Made by a program: the position numbers and the translations under genes. Under the pieces are notes generated by a model. That model ran no database searches. It saw only the letters and a program-made list of their open reading frames with translations, and had not been told where the DNA came from. Positions 9,442 through 19,904 of a DNA stretch of 64,000 nucleotides are shown here, one piece after another. Position 1 is the first letter of the stretch. Each line of letters opens with the position of its first letter. Source of the DNA: Candidatus Xenobia bacterium (GTDB taxonomy: Bacteria; Vulcanimicrobiota; CADAWZ01); the NCBI GenBank assembly GCA_045114665.1, contig JBGUKW010000318.1, positions 1,868-65,867 of the forward strand. The letters run 5' to 3'.

Positions 9442-10842
9442 TTATTCTTTTGGACGACGCATACGATTTAATCTTGTAAATCCTGTCAAGCCATCTTCTC
9501 TTACATTTACCTTATTATCCTGTTTTGAATTCTGTGATTTCTGATCGAGAAGTTTTATTCCCTGTCTACTCAACATCATCTGATATGCTTCGCTATCACT
9601 CATAACAGGTGCTCTTTGACCAATTATTGAAGATGAAGTTGATCTATGAGCAAGAGAACCTGTTTTCAAATCTGACAAAAGACCTGTTTTTCCACTGTGT
9701 GATTTCTTTGCCGCATTTCTTTCCATACTACTGTTGAGAAGAGATTGATAACTGTCTCTTGAGAAAGATTGAGAACGCTTCAAAAGCAAAGAATCTTTAT
9801 CTGTCCCCATATTCTTCATTGGCATCAACAATGAAGAAACTTTTTCTCTTGAAAGATTTGAAGTCAATTTTTGATCTTTCTTACCACCTTTTTCCATAGA
9901 CCTTTGTAGAAGTGCTTGATATTCTTGTCCACCATTATCTTGTGTTTTAGGTGCAGAATCAGCAGAACTATTTACAATGGAAAGAGCTTGTTCATAAGCA
10001 CCAGGTGAAGCATTTATCAGAGATGAAGTATCAGCTCCAAAAACAAGTTGTTCACCATTCTCATCTGTTTGAATCATATCTGGCTTTGAAGAATCAGATT
10101 CTGTAACTTCAAATTCATGTTCATCAATCAAACCCTTTTCCTGCATTTCCATAAAATGAAGTTTAAGTTCAGCATTTTTACCATATTCAGTTTTATAGAA
10201 ATCATTTTTAAGTCTTTCAAGACATTCTTTAGCTTTGTCTTTCGTTTCCTCTTTTAAAGCATATATATCTGCCATTCTAAAAAGAGAATATGCCAATGCT
10301 TCTGGTTTCTTTGTAATCAACAAAACTTTACTATATTCAGACATAGCAAGCCTTAAATCATTCAGATTACCCATTGCTATAGTTGCTATTTCTATACACA
10401 ATCTATAATCCTTAGCATAACGCTTTGTTCTCTGTTGTTCTTTTAAAAATTCGATAGCTTCTCTATATTTTCCAGTAGAAATAAATGAATCAAGCGGAAT
10501 TTTTATTTCGCTCAAATAATTCTTTAAATCTGTTGGATTGAAGTCATCATTATTAATCAGTATATCTGCAATCATTTTAGTAGTTATAACTGCAAGTTGA
10601 GAAAACGGAATAAGTGAAAAAAAAGCATAAGTGCCAAAAAAGAACATCAAATCATCTGATTCAGTATTCATAGTAGGATATAGTTTTATTGTAAAATAAC
10701 CAAAAAACACGAAAACAATAGAAGTCCATGGAGCTGGAGATACATTATTTTTCATATATCCATAAAGTACATAAAAAATAACTGCATTTAATGCAATATA
10801 TGATAAAAACCACCAAATGGAAAATTTATAGAATAATCCCAT
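9442..10842 (-). CDS. Membrane protein with N-terminal TM helices, a TPR-like middle region and a Ser/Lys-rich low-complexity tail
   Basis: 466 aa. Hydrophobic N-terminus (FSIWWFLSYIALNAVIFYVLYGY...), TPR-like helices, and a C-terminal S/K/Q-rich disordered region. Confidence 0.5.
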   Translation of the reverse strand: MGLFYKFSIWWFLSYIALNAVIFYVLYGYMKNNVSPAPWTSIVFVFFGYFTIKLYPTMNTESDDLMFFFGTYAFFSLIPFSQLAVITTKMIADILINNDDFNPTDLKNYLSEIKIPLDSFISTGKYREAIEFLKEQQRTKRYAKDYRLCIEIATIAMGNLNDLRLAMSEYSKVLLITKKPEALAYSLFRMADIYALKEETKDKAKECLERLKNDFYKTEYGKNAELKLHFMEMQEKGLIDEHEFEVTESDSSKPDMIQTDENGEQLVFGADTSSLINASPGAYEQALSIVNSSADSAPKTQDNGGQEYQALLQRSMEKGGKKDQKLTSNLSREKVSSLLMPMKNMGTDKDSLLLKRSQSFSRDSYQSLLNSSMERNAAKKSHSGKTGLLSDLKTGSLAHRSTSSSIIGQRAPVMSDSEAYQMMLSRQGIKLLDQKSQNSKQDNKVNVREDGLTGFTRLNRMRRPKE

Positions 10843-10987
10843 AAAAATCTACCCTTTTATATAAAATAGAATAATTTTAATTTAAACGGAAAAAGGATAT
10901 AATCCTTTTAATTTGAAATTATCTTGTATTTTTTGAGTTGTTAATTTTTTATATAAATAATAAAATTGTAATATTTCTAAGATAATT

Positions 10988-12604
10988 TCATCTGACTATT
11001 TTATACTTTTCAGCATATTCATAAAATTCAAGTCCAAAACGTGGATTTAAACAAATATGAACAACATTTTCCCTATTACTCAAATAAATTCTATCATTTA
11101 AATACTCATGATATAAAAGATTTCTCAATTCAGAAGCATATTTAAATTTTTTTAAATCACAATCAAAGGCAATGCCCATCAAATTATCATCTCTTGTATT
11201 TTCTTTAGAAAAATACTTTTCACTGATAAATCCAGTAGCAGGCAAAGAACCCGCTTTTCCATTTGTCTCTGTTTTTAATCTATTAAACATATAAGCAATA
11301 AAACCAGCCAATTCAGGTCTCATATATATATCTATATTTTTCTTACCTGATTTGTGTTTCTGTTTCACAAGAACTTTTTCTTTAACAGCATTCTCAACAT
11401 CTTTTAAAGAATAAAATTTTTCTAATCCTTCTGTCTCAGTCTCAATTATAGTCCCTCTACACTTATAAATCTTATCTGCCAATCCTTGAGTAGTATCAAC
11501 AAAAGCCGAATATGCCCCAAAAATCTTCCAAGGATAAATATCACTTTCATCAGCAAGAGCATCATAATAATTTTTTGAATTTGTTATTTCGCCCTCCATA
11601 GTTAGATAACCATTCATCATATTTCTGACTTTTTGATTTTTCCAAAGTGATAAATAATTTATATTTTTTTCATTGATAAAATCTTTCATATTTGAATGAT
11701 AAGAATAAGATTTCATCAATGCCTTCATTAGATCTGCATTATTAGTAGTACCATTGTGATATGCAGAAATCGCCAAATCAGGAACATTTTCAAACGAGTT
11801 CATAAGTGTTTTTAAATAAATTACAGAATCTTCTGCATTACACTCTGGAATTATTCTTTCATCAGATATATTCAATTCCTTAGCCATTTTTTTATGGCGA
11901 GTGGCAATATTAAACAAATCTGCCTGAGCAAGAAGTTCTTTTCTTTTTTCTTCACTTTCTGCAATATTAGCTTTATCTTTAATTTCCCTTGAAATATTCC
12001 CCGCATACTCATGAGCAATTTTTACAGCTCCTGCACTCATCTGACCCAATCCTGAACAGGAAGCATATGACATCTTTGATGTATCCCCACTATTTTCCCA
12101 AGTCATAACAGCAAGTGGTATCTCTGCAGGAATATCGTATTTTATCGCATTTTTCCTTATTATGTTCTCATATCTTTTTATAATCTCAACATTTTTATCA
12201 AGTTTATGAGTACCTGAATCATGAAAAATAACATGTCTATATGAAAGAACTTCATAAGTTGCGTCTGTTACTTCGGATTCAGTGTAATTGGGATTTATTG
12301 CTTTAATTGCTTTTCTTATAGGAGCAAAATCCGACATTGTATATTTTGTGAGATAATAGTTATATAATTTTGATTTTGTTTTTTTATATTTACTCAATAT
12401 TTCGCACAATTCATTTGGATAAGTATTTTTTATATAATTCCAATCTTTGTTTGAATAAAAATAGACAAAATCATCATCTATCTTTATATTTTGTTCACTA
12501 CAACCTGACAAAGATATAAATATATAAAAAATAAGTGATATAATAAGAATAAATAAAAAGAACAAAATAGATATAGAAACAATCTTTGTTTTATTAAATA
12601 TCAT
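10988..12604 (-). CDS. Lipoprotein with a lytic transglycosylase (SLT)-like domain
   Basis: 538 aa. Signal peptide plus lipobox (ISLSGC). SLT-like motifs E-N-S...ASCSGLGQMS and AISAYHNG (an AYNAG variant). Confidence 0.5.
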   Translation of the reverse strand: MIFNKTKIVSISILFFLFILIISLIFYIFISLSGCSEQNIKIDDDFVYFYSNKDWNYIKNTYPNELCEILSKYKKTKSKLYNYYLTKYTMSDFAPIRKAIKAINPNYTESEVTDATYEVLSYRHVIFHDSGTHKLDKNVEIIKRYENIIRKNAIKYDIPAEIPLAVMTWENSGDTSKMSYASCSGLGQMSAGAVKIAHEYAGNISREIKDKANIAESEEKRKELLAQADLFNIATRHKKMAKELNISDERIIPECNAEDSVIYLKTLMNSFENVPDLAISAYHNGTTNNADLMKALMKSYSYHSNMKDFINEKNINYLSLWKNQKVRNMMNGYLTMEGEITNSKNYYDALADESDIYPWKIFGAYSAFVDTTQGLADKIYKCRGTIIETETEGLEKFYSLKDVENAVKEKVLVKQKHKSGKKNIDIYMRPELAGFIAYMFNRLKTETNGKAGSLPATGFISEKYFSKENTRDDNLMGIAFDCDLKKFKYASELRNLLYHEYLNDRIYLSNRENVVHICLNPRFGLEFYEYAEKYKIVR

Positions 12605-13224
12605 AAAATAGAAGAAGCATCTCCTTTTCCTTGCCTAATTATCTCAGGATAATCTTTAGTCATGTCAATAATTGTAGAAGGATCAAAATATGCAAGTCCC
12701 CCATCAATAACAAGGTCTAAATTGTTTCCAAATTTGTCATGTATATGTTCAGGATTGCAAACATATTCTTCTTCATCATCTTCATCTTTATCAAAAGAAG
12801 CACTCGTATTTATGATTGGATTTCCAAGTTCTTCTATTAAAGCAGAACATATTGCATTATCTGCAATTCTTATTCCAACTTCACGCCTTTTGTTCATCAT
12901 GATTTTTGGAACAGATTTAGAAGCATTTAAAATAAATGTAAAAGGACCAGGTGTCAATTGTTTCATTATTTTATATACAGCATTTGAAACTTGAGCATAT
13001 TCTGAAACCTGTTTTATATCCTGACATATAAAGCTCAACTGTTTATATTTTGGAAGTTTTTTTATTCTGTAAATTTTTTCTATAGCATCTTTGTTCATCA
13101 AATCACAACCAATGCCATAAATTGTGTCTGTTGGATATGCAATAACGCCACCTCTTGAAAGAATATTAACAGCATATTTTATGTCTTTTTTTAAAGGATA
13201 TTCTGGATCTACTTGAATTATCAT
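12601..13224 (-). CDS. tsaC: L-threonylcarbamoyladenylate synthase (YrdC/Sua5 family)
   Basis: 207 aa. YrdC signature VIAYPTDTIYGIGCD and the KIYRIKKLPKYKQLSFIC region. Confidence 0.85.
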   Translation of the reverse strand: MIIQVDPEYPLKKDIKYAVNILSRGGVIAYPTDTIYGIGCDLMNKDAIEKIYRIKKLPKYKQLSFICQDIKQVSEYAQVSNAVYKIMKQLTPGPFTFILNASKSVPKIMMNKRREVGIRIADNAICSALIEELGNPIINTSASFDKDEDDEEEYVCNPEHIHDKFGNNLDLVIDGGLAYFDPSTIIDMTKDYPEIIRQGKGDASSIL

Positions 13225-13636
13225 AATTTTTAAACGACCATTTCAAAAAAAATATTTAACTTAAATTATTTCTACAAAAAATTTTATAATCTTTCAAAAA
13301 TTTGACTAGTTTGTTAGATTTACCGATAACCACAAAGTTAATAATATTTTGTACTATAATTATGTTAATTTCTTGTTATTACAAATTATAAGTACATATT
13401 GTTAAATTTGTTAACTTCTTGTTAAATCGGCTTGCTACATTTAGAATATTAATCAACTAACACAATAAATTAATTTCTGAATTAATAATAACTAAGATTA
13501 TAAGGGGAACTTTTTATTTTATAACGAAAACAAAAAAATAAGCTCTACGAAAAATTTGATGGAGCTGTGAAAAAATTAAATAGTTTGCTATCAGCTTTCA
13601 CAACCCCAAACTAAAAAAAATAGGAGGAAAAATTAA

Positions 13637-15322
13637 GTGAACAAAATTTTACTGCTCACGGCTATTTCATTTTCTCTGTTTTTATTTATTGCTTCGATAA
13701 ACCCAGTCTATGCAATATCTAAAGAAGAGAAAAAACTATCTGAATTCATAAAAAAATATGAATCAGAGGTTTCAAAACTTGAATTAGAAGTCAATAAAAC
13801 TGAGTGGAATGCCTATATAAGTGGCAAAAAAGAAGATTATGACAAAATGAGCAAAGCAGAAATTGCTTGGAATATATATCATTCTAACAAAGATGTATAT
13901 AAACAGCTCATTGAATGGAGAGATTCAAACAATATAACTTCTCCAGACTTAAAGAGAAAATTATCTATTTTAATAAATAACTATGGTCCATTCCAATTTT
14001 CAGAAGAACTTATAGAAAAAATAAGCCAAAAAGAAGCCGAACTTCAAAGAATGTTCAATTCTTACAGAGGAAAAATAGATGACAAAACAGTTACAGAAAA
14101 AGACATCTATGAAATTTTAGGAAATAGTAAAAATACAAAAGAGAGAGAAAAAGCATGGGAATCTCAAAAATCTGTAGGTTCTGAAGTTTCTAAAAAATTG
14201 ATAGAACTCATAAAATTGAGAAATCAAGGAGCCAAAGAACTTGGATTTTCAAATTTTCATGAGATGTCTGTAACATTTTCAGATGAAGACCCCAAAGAAG
14301 TTGAAAATATATTTAAAAATTTAGCTTCTGATACAGACAAAAAATTTATAGAATACAAAAAAGAACTCGATAAAAAAATTGCTTTAAGAGTAAATAAAAA
14401 AGTTGAAGAATTAATGCCTTGGGATTATTCAAATCCATTTTTCCAAGATGAATCTGAGGGATTTGCACCAGATTTAAGCAAATACTATCAAGGCAGAAAT
14501 ATTCCACTTATTGGCTACAGTTTTTATAATGAAATCGGTCTTCCCCTCGGAAATGTTCTCAAAAACAGTGATCTATATGAAAAAGAGGGAAAATCACAAC
14601 ATGCTTTTTGTTTTGACATAGACAGAAACAATGATGTAAGAATTTTGATGAACATAAGACAAAATGAAGAATCACTATCAACACTTCTTCACGAAAGCGG
14701 ACATGCAGTATATGATCTAAACACAGACAAAAGCCAATCATGGCTATACAGAACACAAGCCCATACACTGACAACAGAAGGCTCTGCAATGTATTTTGAA
14801 AGATTCACAAAAAATCCAAAATGGCTTGAAAAAAATATGGGAATAAAATTGTCAGAAGATGAAGCAAAAAATCTCAAAAAACAGGAAACTCTTTCAGATT
14901 TGATTTTCTGCAGATGGACAATAGTAATGTACAATTTTGAAAAAAGTATGTATGAAAATCCAGACCAAGATTTAAATAAACTTTGGTGGGAATTAGTTGA
15001 AAAATACCAAAATATCAAAAAGCCTGAAGGCAGAAATAAACCTGATTGGGCTTCAAAAATTCACTTAGTAAGTTCTCCAGTATATTATCACAACTACATG
15101 CTTGCAGGTCTTATGGTTGCACAAATGCAACACAAAATAGGAACAAAATTTGCAAAAGATGAAAATTGGGATGAATTTGATGTAACAGGTAATAAAGAAG
15201 TAGGAAGATGGCTAAGAATGAATATATACAAACCTGGTGCAAAATATAATTGGAATCTTCTAATTAAAAAAGCAACAGGCGAAGAGTTGACATCAAAATA
15301 TTTTGTTGAAAGAATAAAGTAA
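13637..15322 (+). CDS. Secreted clan-MA zinc metallopeptidase (M2/M3-like peptidyl-dipeptidase / oligopeptidase)
   Basis: 561 aa. Signal peptide. HESGH (HExxH) with Glu 25 residues downstream (TEGSAM). C-terminal PVYYHNYMLAG resembles M2/M3 motifs. GTG start with a GGAGG SD. Confidence 0.6.
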   Translation: MNKILLLTAISFSLFLFIASINPVYAISKEEKKLSEFIKKYESEVSKLELEVNKTEWNAYISGKKEDYDKMSKAEIAWNIYHSNKDVYKQLIEWRDSNNITSPDLKRKLSILINNYGPFQFSEELIEKISQKEAELQRMFNSYRGKIDDKTVTEKDIYEILGNSKNTKEREKAWESQKSVGSEVSKKLIELIKLRNQGAKELGFSNFHEMSVTFSDEDPKEVENIFKNLASDTDKKFIEYKKELDKKIALRVNKKVEELMPWDYSNPFFQDESEGFAPDLSKYYQGRNIPLIGYSFYNEIGLPLGNVLKNSDLYEKEGKSQHAFCFDIDRNNDVRILMNIRQNEESLSTLLHESGHAVYDLNTDKSQSWLYRTQAHTLTTEGSAMYFERFTKNPKWLEKNMGIKLSEDEAKNLKKQETLSDLIFCRWTIVMYNFEKSMYENPDQDLNKLWWELVEKYQNIKKPEGRNKPDWASKIHLVSSPVYYHNYMLAGLMVAQMQHKIGTKFAKDENWDEFDVTGNKEVGRWLRMNIYKPGAKYNWNLLIKKATGEELTSKYFVERIK

Positions 15323-15442
15323 ATAGTGTTCAAAAAAAATCCAGCCGAGAAAATGTGAAGTGTACCCCAAATTTAGTACATAACTAAAAGTGAGGCAGTT
15401 CAAATGAACTCGACTGGATTTTTTATTTATTTCTCAATTTAC

Positions 15443-18061
15443 TTATACGACACCGTTAAATGCGTCTATATACATTTGTTTTATTTCACTCATAAGTGGA
15501 TAAGATGGGTTTGTTCCTGTGCATTGATCGTCAAAAGCAAGTTCTACCATTTCATCTAATTTTTCATAGAATGCCTGTTCTGTAACTCCCGCATCTTTTA
15601 TTGATTTTGGAAGTTTGAGAGCTTCTTTGAGTTTGTCAACTTCATTCAAGAAAATACTTATCTTTTCATCATCACTTAAATTTTTATCAACAATGTGAAG
15701 TTCATCAACAATCTGTCCAATTTTTTCTTTGACATTTGGATATTTATACTGTGGGAATGCACACTGCTTAAATGGCTTTTCAGTTGCGTTATACTTGATA
15801 ACCTGACTGAAGAGAAGAGCATTTGCTATTCCATGTGGGATATTGAACATAGAACCAAGTTTATGAGCCATTGAGTGACAGACACCAAGGAAAGCATTTG
15901 CAAATGCCATACCAGCCAATGTTGCTGCATAGTGCATTTTTTCTTTTGCTATTGGATCGCCTTTTCCATGTTCGTAAGATCTCGGCAAATACTTAAATAT
16001 CAATTTTATTGCTTCAAGTGCATTTGAATTTGTGAAGTTCGTTGCCATGGATGAAATATATGATTCAACAGCATGAACAAGTGAATCAAAACCACTTGCA
16101 GCACAAAGACCTGGAGGCATTGTATCGACAAAATCTGGATCGACAATTGCCATCGTTGGAGTGAGTGAATATTCAGCAATAGCATATTTTACATGGGTTT
16201 CATCATCTGTTATGATTGCAAAAGGAGTAACTTCTGAACCAGTTCCAGATGTTGTTGGAATAGCTATCAACTGTGATTTCTTTCCAAGCTCAGGAATTGA
16301 ACAAATTCTCTTTCTGATATCCATGAATCTCATAGATATATCTTCAAAATTAGTATCTGGATTTTCATACATCAACCAAACAATCTTCGCTGCGTCGATA
16401 GGAGAACCACCACCAAGAGCAATAATTACATCTGGTTCATAAGGTCTTACGACATTGAGAGCATCTCTAATTGTCGAAAGAGTTGGGTCTGGTCTGACAT
16501 CAAAGAAAATTTGGAAATCAACACCTATTTCATCGAGAACATTTGTTACTTTATATACTGTATTTGAATTAAATAAAAATCTATCAGTTATGATAAACGC
16601 ACGCTTTTTGCCTTTCAATTCTCTCAAAGCGAGATCGACAGAACCTCTCTTGAAATAAATCTTTGGCGGAACTTTGAACCAAAGCATATTTTCTCTCCTC
16701 TCAGCAACAGTCTTGTAATTTAAAAGATGTTTTACTCCAACATTTTCACTTACAGAATTTTCCCCCCATGATCCACAGCCAAGTGTGAGAGAAGGTTCAA
16801 GTCTGAAGTTATAGAGATCACCAAGACCACCATGGGAAGAAGGAGAGTTAATTATAATTCTGCCTGTATGAAGTTTATTGCCGAAAAATGATATTCTATC
16901 TTGTTTGCGAGGATCTGTATAAAGTACAGATGTATGACCAGCTCCTCCAAGCTCAACAAGATTATATGCCATATCTGTAGCATGTTCAAAATCTTCAGCC
17001 TTGTATAAAGCGAGTACAGGAGAAAGTTTTTCATGTGCAAATGGTTCTTCAAGTGCAATATCTGTAACTTCACCTATCAAAATCTTTGTATTTGGAGGAA
17101 CACTTATTCCAGCCATTTCAGCAATCTTACATGCAGGCTGACCTACAACAGCAGGATTTACACTGCCATTTTCTTTTATAACTGTTTTACCAACAACTTC
17201 TTTTTCTTCAGGTGAAAGAATATAAGCACCTCTATATCTAAATTCTTCTCTTACTTCTTCATAAACATCTTTAACAGCAATAACAGACTGTTCAGAAGCA
17301 CAAATCATGCCATTGTCAAATGTCTTTGAAAGAATAATTGAAGATACAGCCATTTTTATATCTGCAGTTTCATCAATTACAGCAGGAGTATTACCTGGAC
17401 CGACTCCTATTGCTGGCTTACCACTTGAATATGCAGATTTAACCATACCTGGACCACCTGTTGCCAAAATAGCGTCGATCATTGGGTGTCTCATAAGCAT
17501 TGCAGAAAGTTCAACAGAAGGCTCATCAATCCAACCGATTATATCTTTTGGAGCTCCTGCTTTTACAGCTGCATCTAAAACAAGTTTAGCAGCAGCTATT
17601 GTTGATTTTTTAGCTCTTGGATGTGGAGAGAAAATAATGGCATTTCTTGTTTTGAGAGCTATCAATGATTTAAAAATAGCTGTCGAAGTTGGATTTGTTG
17701 TTGGAACTATTCCTGCCAAAACTCCCAAAGGTTCAGCAATAATTTTTGTTCCATTGGTTATATCTTCTGAAATAACACCACAAGTTTTTGTATCTTTGTG
17801 TTTGTTATAGATATATTCTGAGGCAAAGTGATTTTTTATTACTTTGTCTTCAACAATTCCCATACCAGTATCTTCAACTGCCATTTTTGCAAGAGGAATA
17901 CGAGCTTTATTTGCAGCAACTGCAGCTGCTTTAAAAATCTTGTCAACTTTTTCCTGAGAAAATGTCGCATATATCTGCTGAGCTTTTTTAACACTTTTTA
18001 TAAGCTCTTCGAGATGTTCAGTAGTTGTAACTACATCAGAAGTTCTTAAAATTTCTTCCAT
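15443..18061 (-). CDS. adhE: Bifunctional acetaldehyde-CoA / alcohol dehydrogenase
   Basis: 872 aa. N-terminal ALDH domain and C-terminal Fe-ADH domain (GGGSPIDAAK, Fe-binding His). Confidence 0.95.
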   Translation of the reverse strand: MEEILRTSDVVTTTEHLEELIKSVKKAQQIYATFSQEKVDKIFKAAAVAANKARIPLAKMAVEDTGMGIVEDKVIKNHFASEYIYNKHKDTKTCGVISEDITNGTKIIAEPLGVLAGIVPTTNPTSTAIFKSLIALKTRNAIIFSPHPRAKKSTIAAAKLVLDAAVKAGAPKDIIGWIDEPSVELSAMLMRHPMIDAILATGGPGMVKSAYSSGKPAIGVGPGNTPAVIDETADIKMAVSSIILSKTFDNGMICASEQSVIAVKDVYEEVREEFRYRGAYILSPEEKEVVGKTVIKENGSVNPAVVGQPACKIAEMAGISVPPNTKILIGEVTDIALEEPFAHEKLSPVLALYKAEDFEHATDMAYNLVELGGAGHTSVLYTDPRKQDRISFFGNKLHTGRIIINSPSSHGGLGDLYNFRLEPSLTLGCGSWGENSVSENVGVKHLLNYKTVAERRENMLWFKVPPKIYFKRGSVDLALRELKGKKRAFIITDRFLFNSNTVYKVTNVLDEIGVDFQIFFDVRPDPTLSTIRDALNVVRPYEPDVIIALGGGSPIDAAKIVWLMYENPDTNFEDISMRFMDIRKRICSIPELGKKSQLIAIPTTSGTGSEVTPFAIITDDETHVKYAIAEYSLTPTMAIVDPDFVDTMPPGLCAASGFDSLVHAVESYISSMATNFTNSNALEAIKLIFKYLPRSYEHGKGDPIAKEKMHYAATLAGMAFANAFLGVCHSMAHKLGSMFNIPHGIANALLFSQVIKYNATEKPFKQCAFPQYKYPNVKEKIGQIVDELHIVDKNLSDDEKISIFLNEVDKLKEALKLPKSIKDAGVTEQAFYEKLDEMVELAFDDQCTGTNPSYPLMSEIKQMYIDAFNGVV

Positions 18062-18088
18062 TAAACTAAATCTCTCCTTTCATATCAT

Positions 18089-19546
18089 TTAATCTAACTT
18101 TAAATCTTCACTTTTATCCAAATATGCGTTTACTGCTTTTGAAGCAGTTTTTATAGAATTTAATGTTGCATTTCCACCAATACAGCCACTAGGACATGAC
18201 ATAACTTCAATTAAATTACCTTCTTCACAAGCTCCATTTTTGGCATATCTTTTGAGGTCTCTTATGCTCATCTTGTTTAATCCATCTACAACAAAAGGCT
18301 TTACCTTATCACTATTTTTGCCAAGTGCAACTCTTACAGATTCTGCAACACCACCAGTAAGAGGATATCCCCTACCCTGTTTTGAAGCAAACTGTTTAAA
18401 ATCTGTCTCTTCGCATTTTGCAACTTGGATATTAAAACCAATAAGCATTGCTCCAAGTTCTTCAAAAGTCAAAACATAATCTATTGTATCATATTCTGTT
18501 GCTTCCTGTCTTTTTGCTACACAAGGGCTTAAAAAAACTGTAACAGCATCTGGATATTTTTCCCTTACCAATTCAGCAGTATAATAAAGTGGAGTATGTG
18601 TATCTGAAACAAAAGGTTTTATCTCGGGCATGTGCTTTTTTACAAGCTCATTGTAAGCAGCACAACATGAAGTCGTCATAAATTTGTCGCCTCTTTCCAT
18701 TCTCTCCATAAAATCTTTTGCTTCATTTTTAGCTGTAACATCTGCACCAACAGCAACTTCCCAAACATCATAAAATCCCATTTTTCTAAGTGCAGTATTT
18801 AACTGCTGAGGAGAACAAGGCAACTGACCAGCAACTGAAGGAGCCATCATAGCAACTACTTTCATTCCACTTTTGATTCTTACCAAAACATCAATAAGTT
18901 GACTTTTTTCATGTACAGCTCCAAATGGACATGCAACAACACATTTTCCACAAGAAATACATTTATCAAAATCAATTTTGGCAAGCCCCGAAGGACCTTT
19001 TGCTATTGCACCAACAGGACATACATTTTCACAAGGAACAATTCTTTTGACAATTGCTTGATATGGACATACCTTCATGCACATGCCACACTGTTTACAT
19101 TTTGACTGGTCTATGACAGATTTTCCATTTATAAATTTAATAGCATTAAATCTGCATGTATTTACACAAGGTCTTGCAACACAACCTTGACACAACTCAG
19201 TAACAAAAACAGCATTTGGAAGACAACCTTGACATGCAGATTCCAAAACAGTCAAAACATCTTTATCAGGTCTTTTTCTATTTACGGCTCTTCTGACAAA
19301 TTCAGCAAGAGTATGTCTTTCATCATCATCCTCAAGAGTTGTTCCAAGCCCAGCCATAACTCTATTTCTCAAAGCAGCACGTTCTTTATATATACAACAA
19401 CGATAAGGCACTTCACAACCTTTAGGTCGCATATCAAAAGGAATAAGTCTTGCATTGTCTTCAAAAGAATCACTCAAAAAAGCCTTTACAATACGAACTA
19501 AAATTTCTTTTTTTAGTCTTACTGTATCATTTGACATATCAGACAT
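18089..19546 (-). CDS. [FeFe]-hydrogenase (HydA-type catalytic subunit with N-terminal ferredoxin-like Fe-S domain), non-canonical H-cluster motif variants
   Basis: 485 aa. Multiple CxxCxxCxxxCP clusters. H-cluster motifs L1 TSCCAAY, L2 SPCVAKRQE, L3 EVMSCPSGCIGG retain all ligand Cys and the Lys. Sits 27 bp upstream of adhE. Confidence 0.8.
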   Translation of the reverse strand: MSDMSNDTVRLKKEILVRIVKAFLSDSFEDNARLIPFDMRPKGCEVPYRCCIYKERAALRNRVMAGLGTTLEDDDERHTLAEFVRRAVNRKRPDKDVLTVLESACQGCLPNAVFVTELCQGCVARPCVNTCRFNAIKFINGKSVIDQSKCKQCGMCMKVCPYQAIVKRIVPCENVCPVGAIAKGPSGLAKIDFDKCISCGKCVVACPFGAVHEKSQLIDVLVRIKSGMKVVAMMAPSVAGQLPCSPQQLNTALRKMGFYDVWEVAVGADVTAKNEAKDFMERMERGDKFMTTSCCAAYNELVKKHMPEIKPFVSDTHTPLYYTAELVREKYPDAVTVFLSPCVAKRQEATEYDTIDYVLTFEELGAMLIGFNIQVAKCEETDFKQFASKQGRGYPLTGGVAESVRVALGKNSDKVKPFVVDGLNKMSIRDLKRYAKNGACEEGNLIEVMSCPSGCIGGNATLNSIKTASKAVNAYLDKSEDLKLD

Positions 19547-19605
19547 AATCTTATATCAAAAACGAAAAAATTTCGTCAAAACGCCTTTCTTTTATTATTT
19601 TTGTT

Positions 19606-19872
19606 CTATGAATTTCCAAGTTTTTTATCTATAGCTGCAAAAACCTTATCTATTGTAGCTTCTTTTATAACCTCATCATCTACCTTGACATAAGGAGCTT
19701 TTGAAAACTTCCAATCAATAGAACAAAGCCCAAGACATGGAACACCTGTAACTTCAACCTTATCACCATATCTTTTAGGAACAGAATCAATAAGTTCCTG
19801 AAGATTGGAAGCTCCCATGACAAAACATGTAGTCCCCAAACATACTTTTACATCTATTTTCTTTTCTTCCAT
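19606..19872 (-). CDS. Thioredoxin-like [2Fe-2S] ferredoxin (NuoE/HndA-like)
   Basis: 88 aa. Cx4C...Cx3C pattern (CLGTTC, CLGLC). Confidence 0.65.
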   Translation of the reverse strand: MEEKKIDVKVCLGTTCFVMGASNLQELIDSVPKRYGDKVEVTGVPCLGLCSIDWKFSKAPYVKVDDEVIKEATIDKVFAAIDKKLGNS

Positions 19873-19904
19873 AGCTGTATCATCCTTTTATAAAAATTAC
19901 AGTA

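Noticed and set aside
13300-13332. Possible sigma28 (FliA)-type promoter CTAGTTT-N10-CCGATAA upstream of the peptidase gene
   Set aside because: The -10 half matches GCCGATAA well, but the -35 half is poor and the spacer is 9-10 nt instead of 11 (or 15 for the Bacillus-type). It is also more than 300 bp from the start codon. It is more likely chance.
17307-17810. 167-aa plus-strand ORF inside adhE; similar antisense ORFs at 35170..35739 (inside rsmE/prmA), 57820..58233 (inside oadA), 53090..53419 (inside fliI) and 39941..40393 (inside obg)
   Set aside because: All lie antisense within genes that have strong homology-based calls. They have no SD and non-protein-like composition, so they are treated as spurious.
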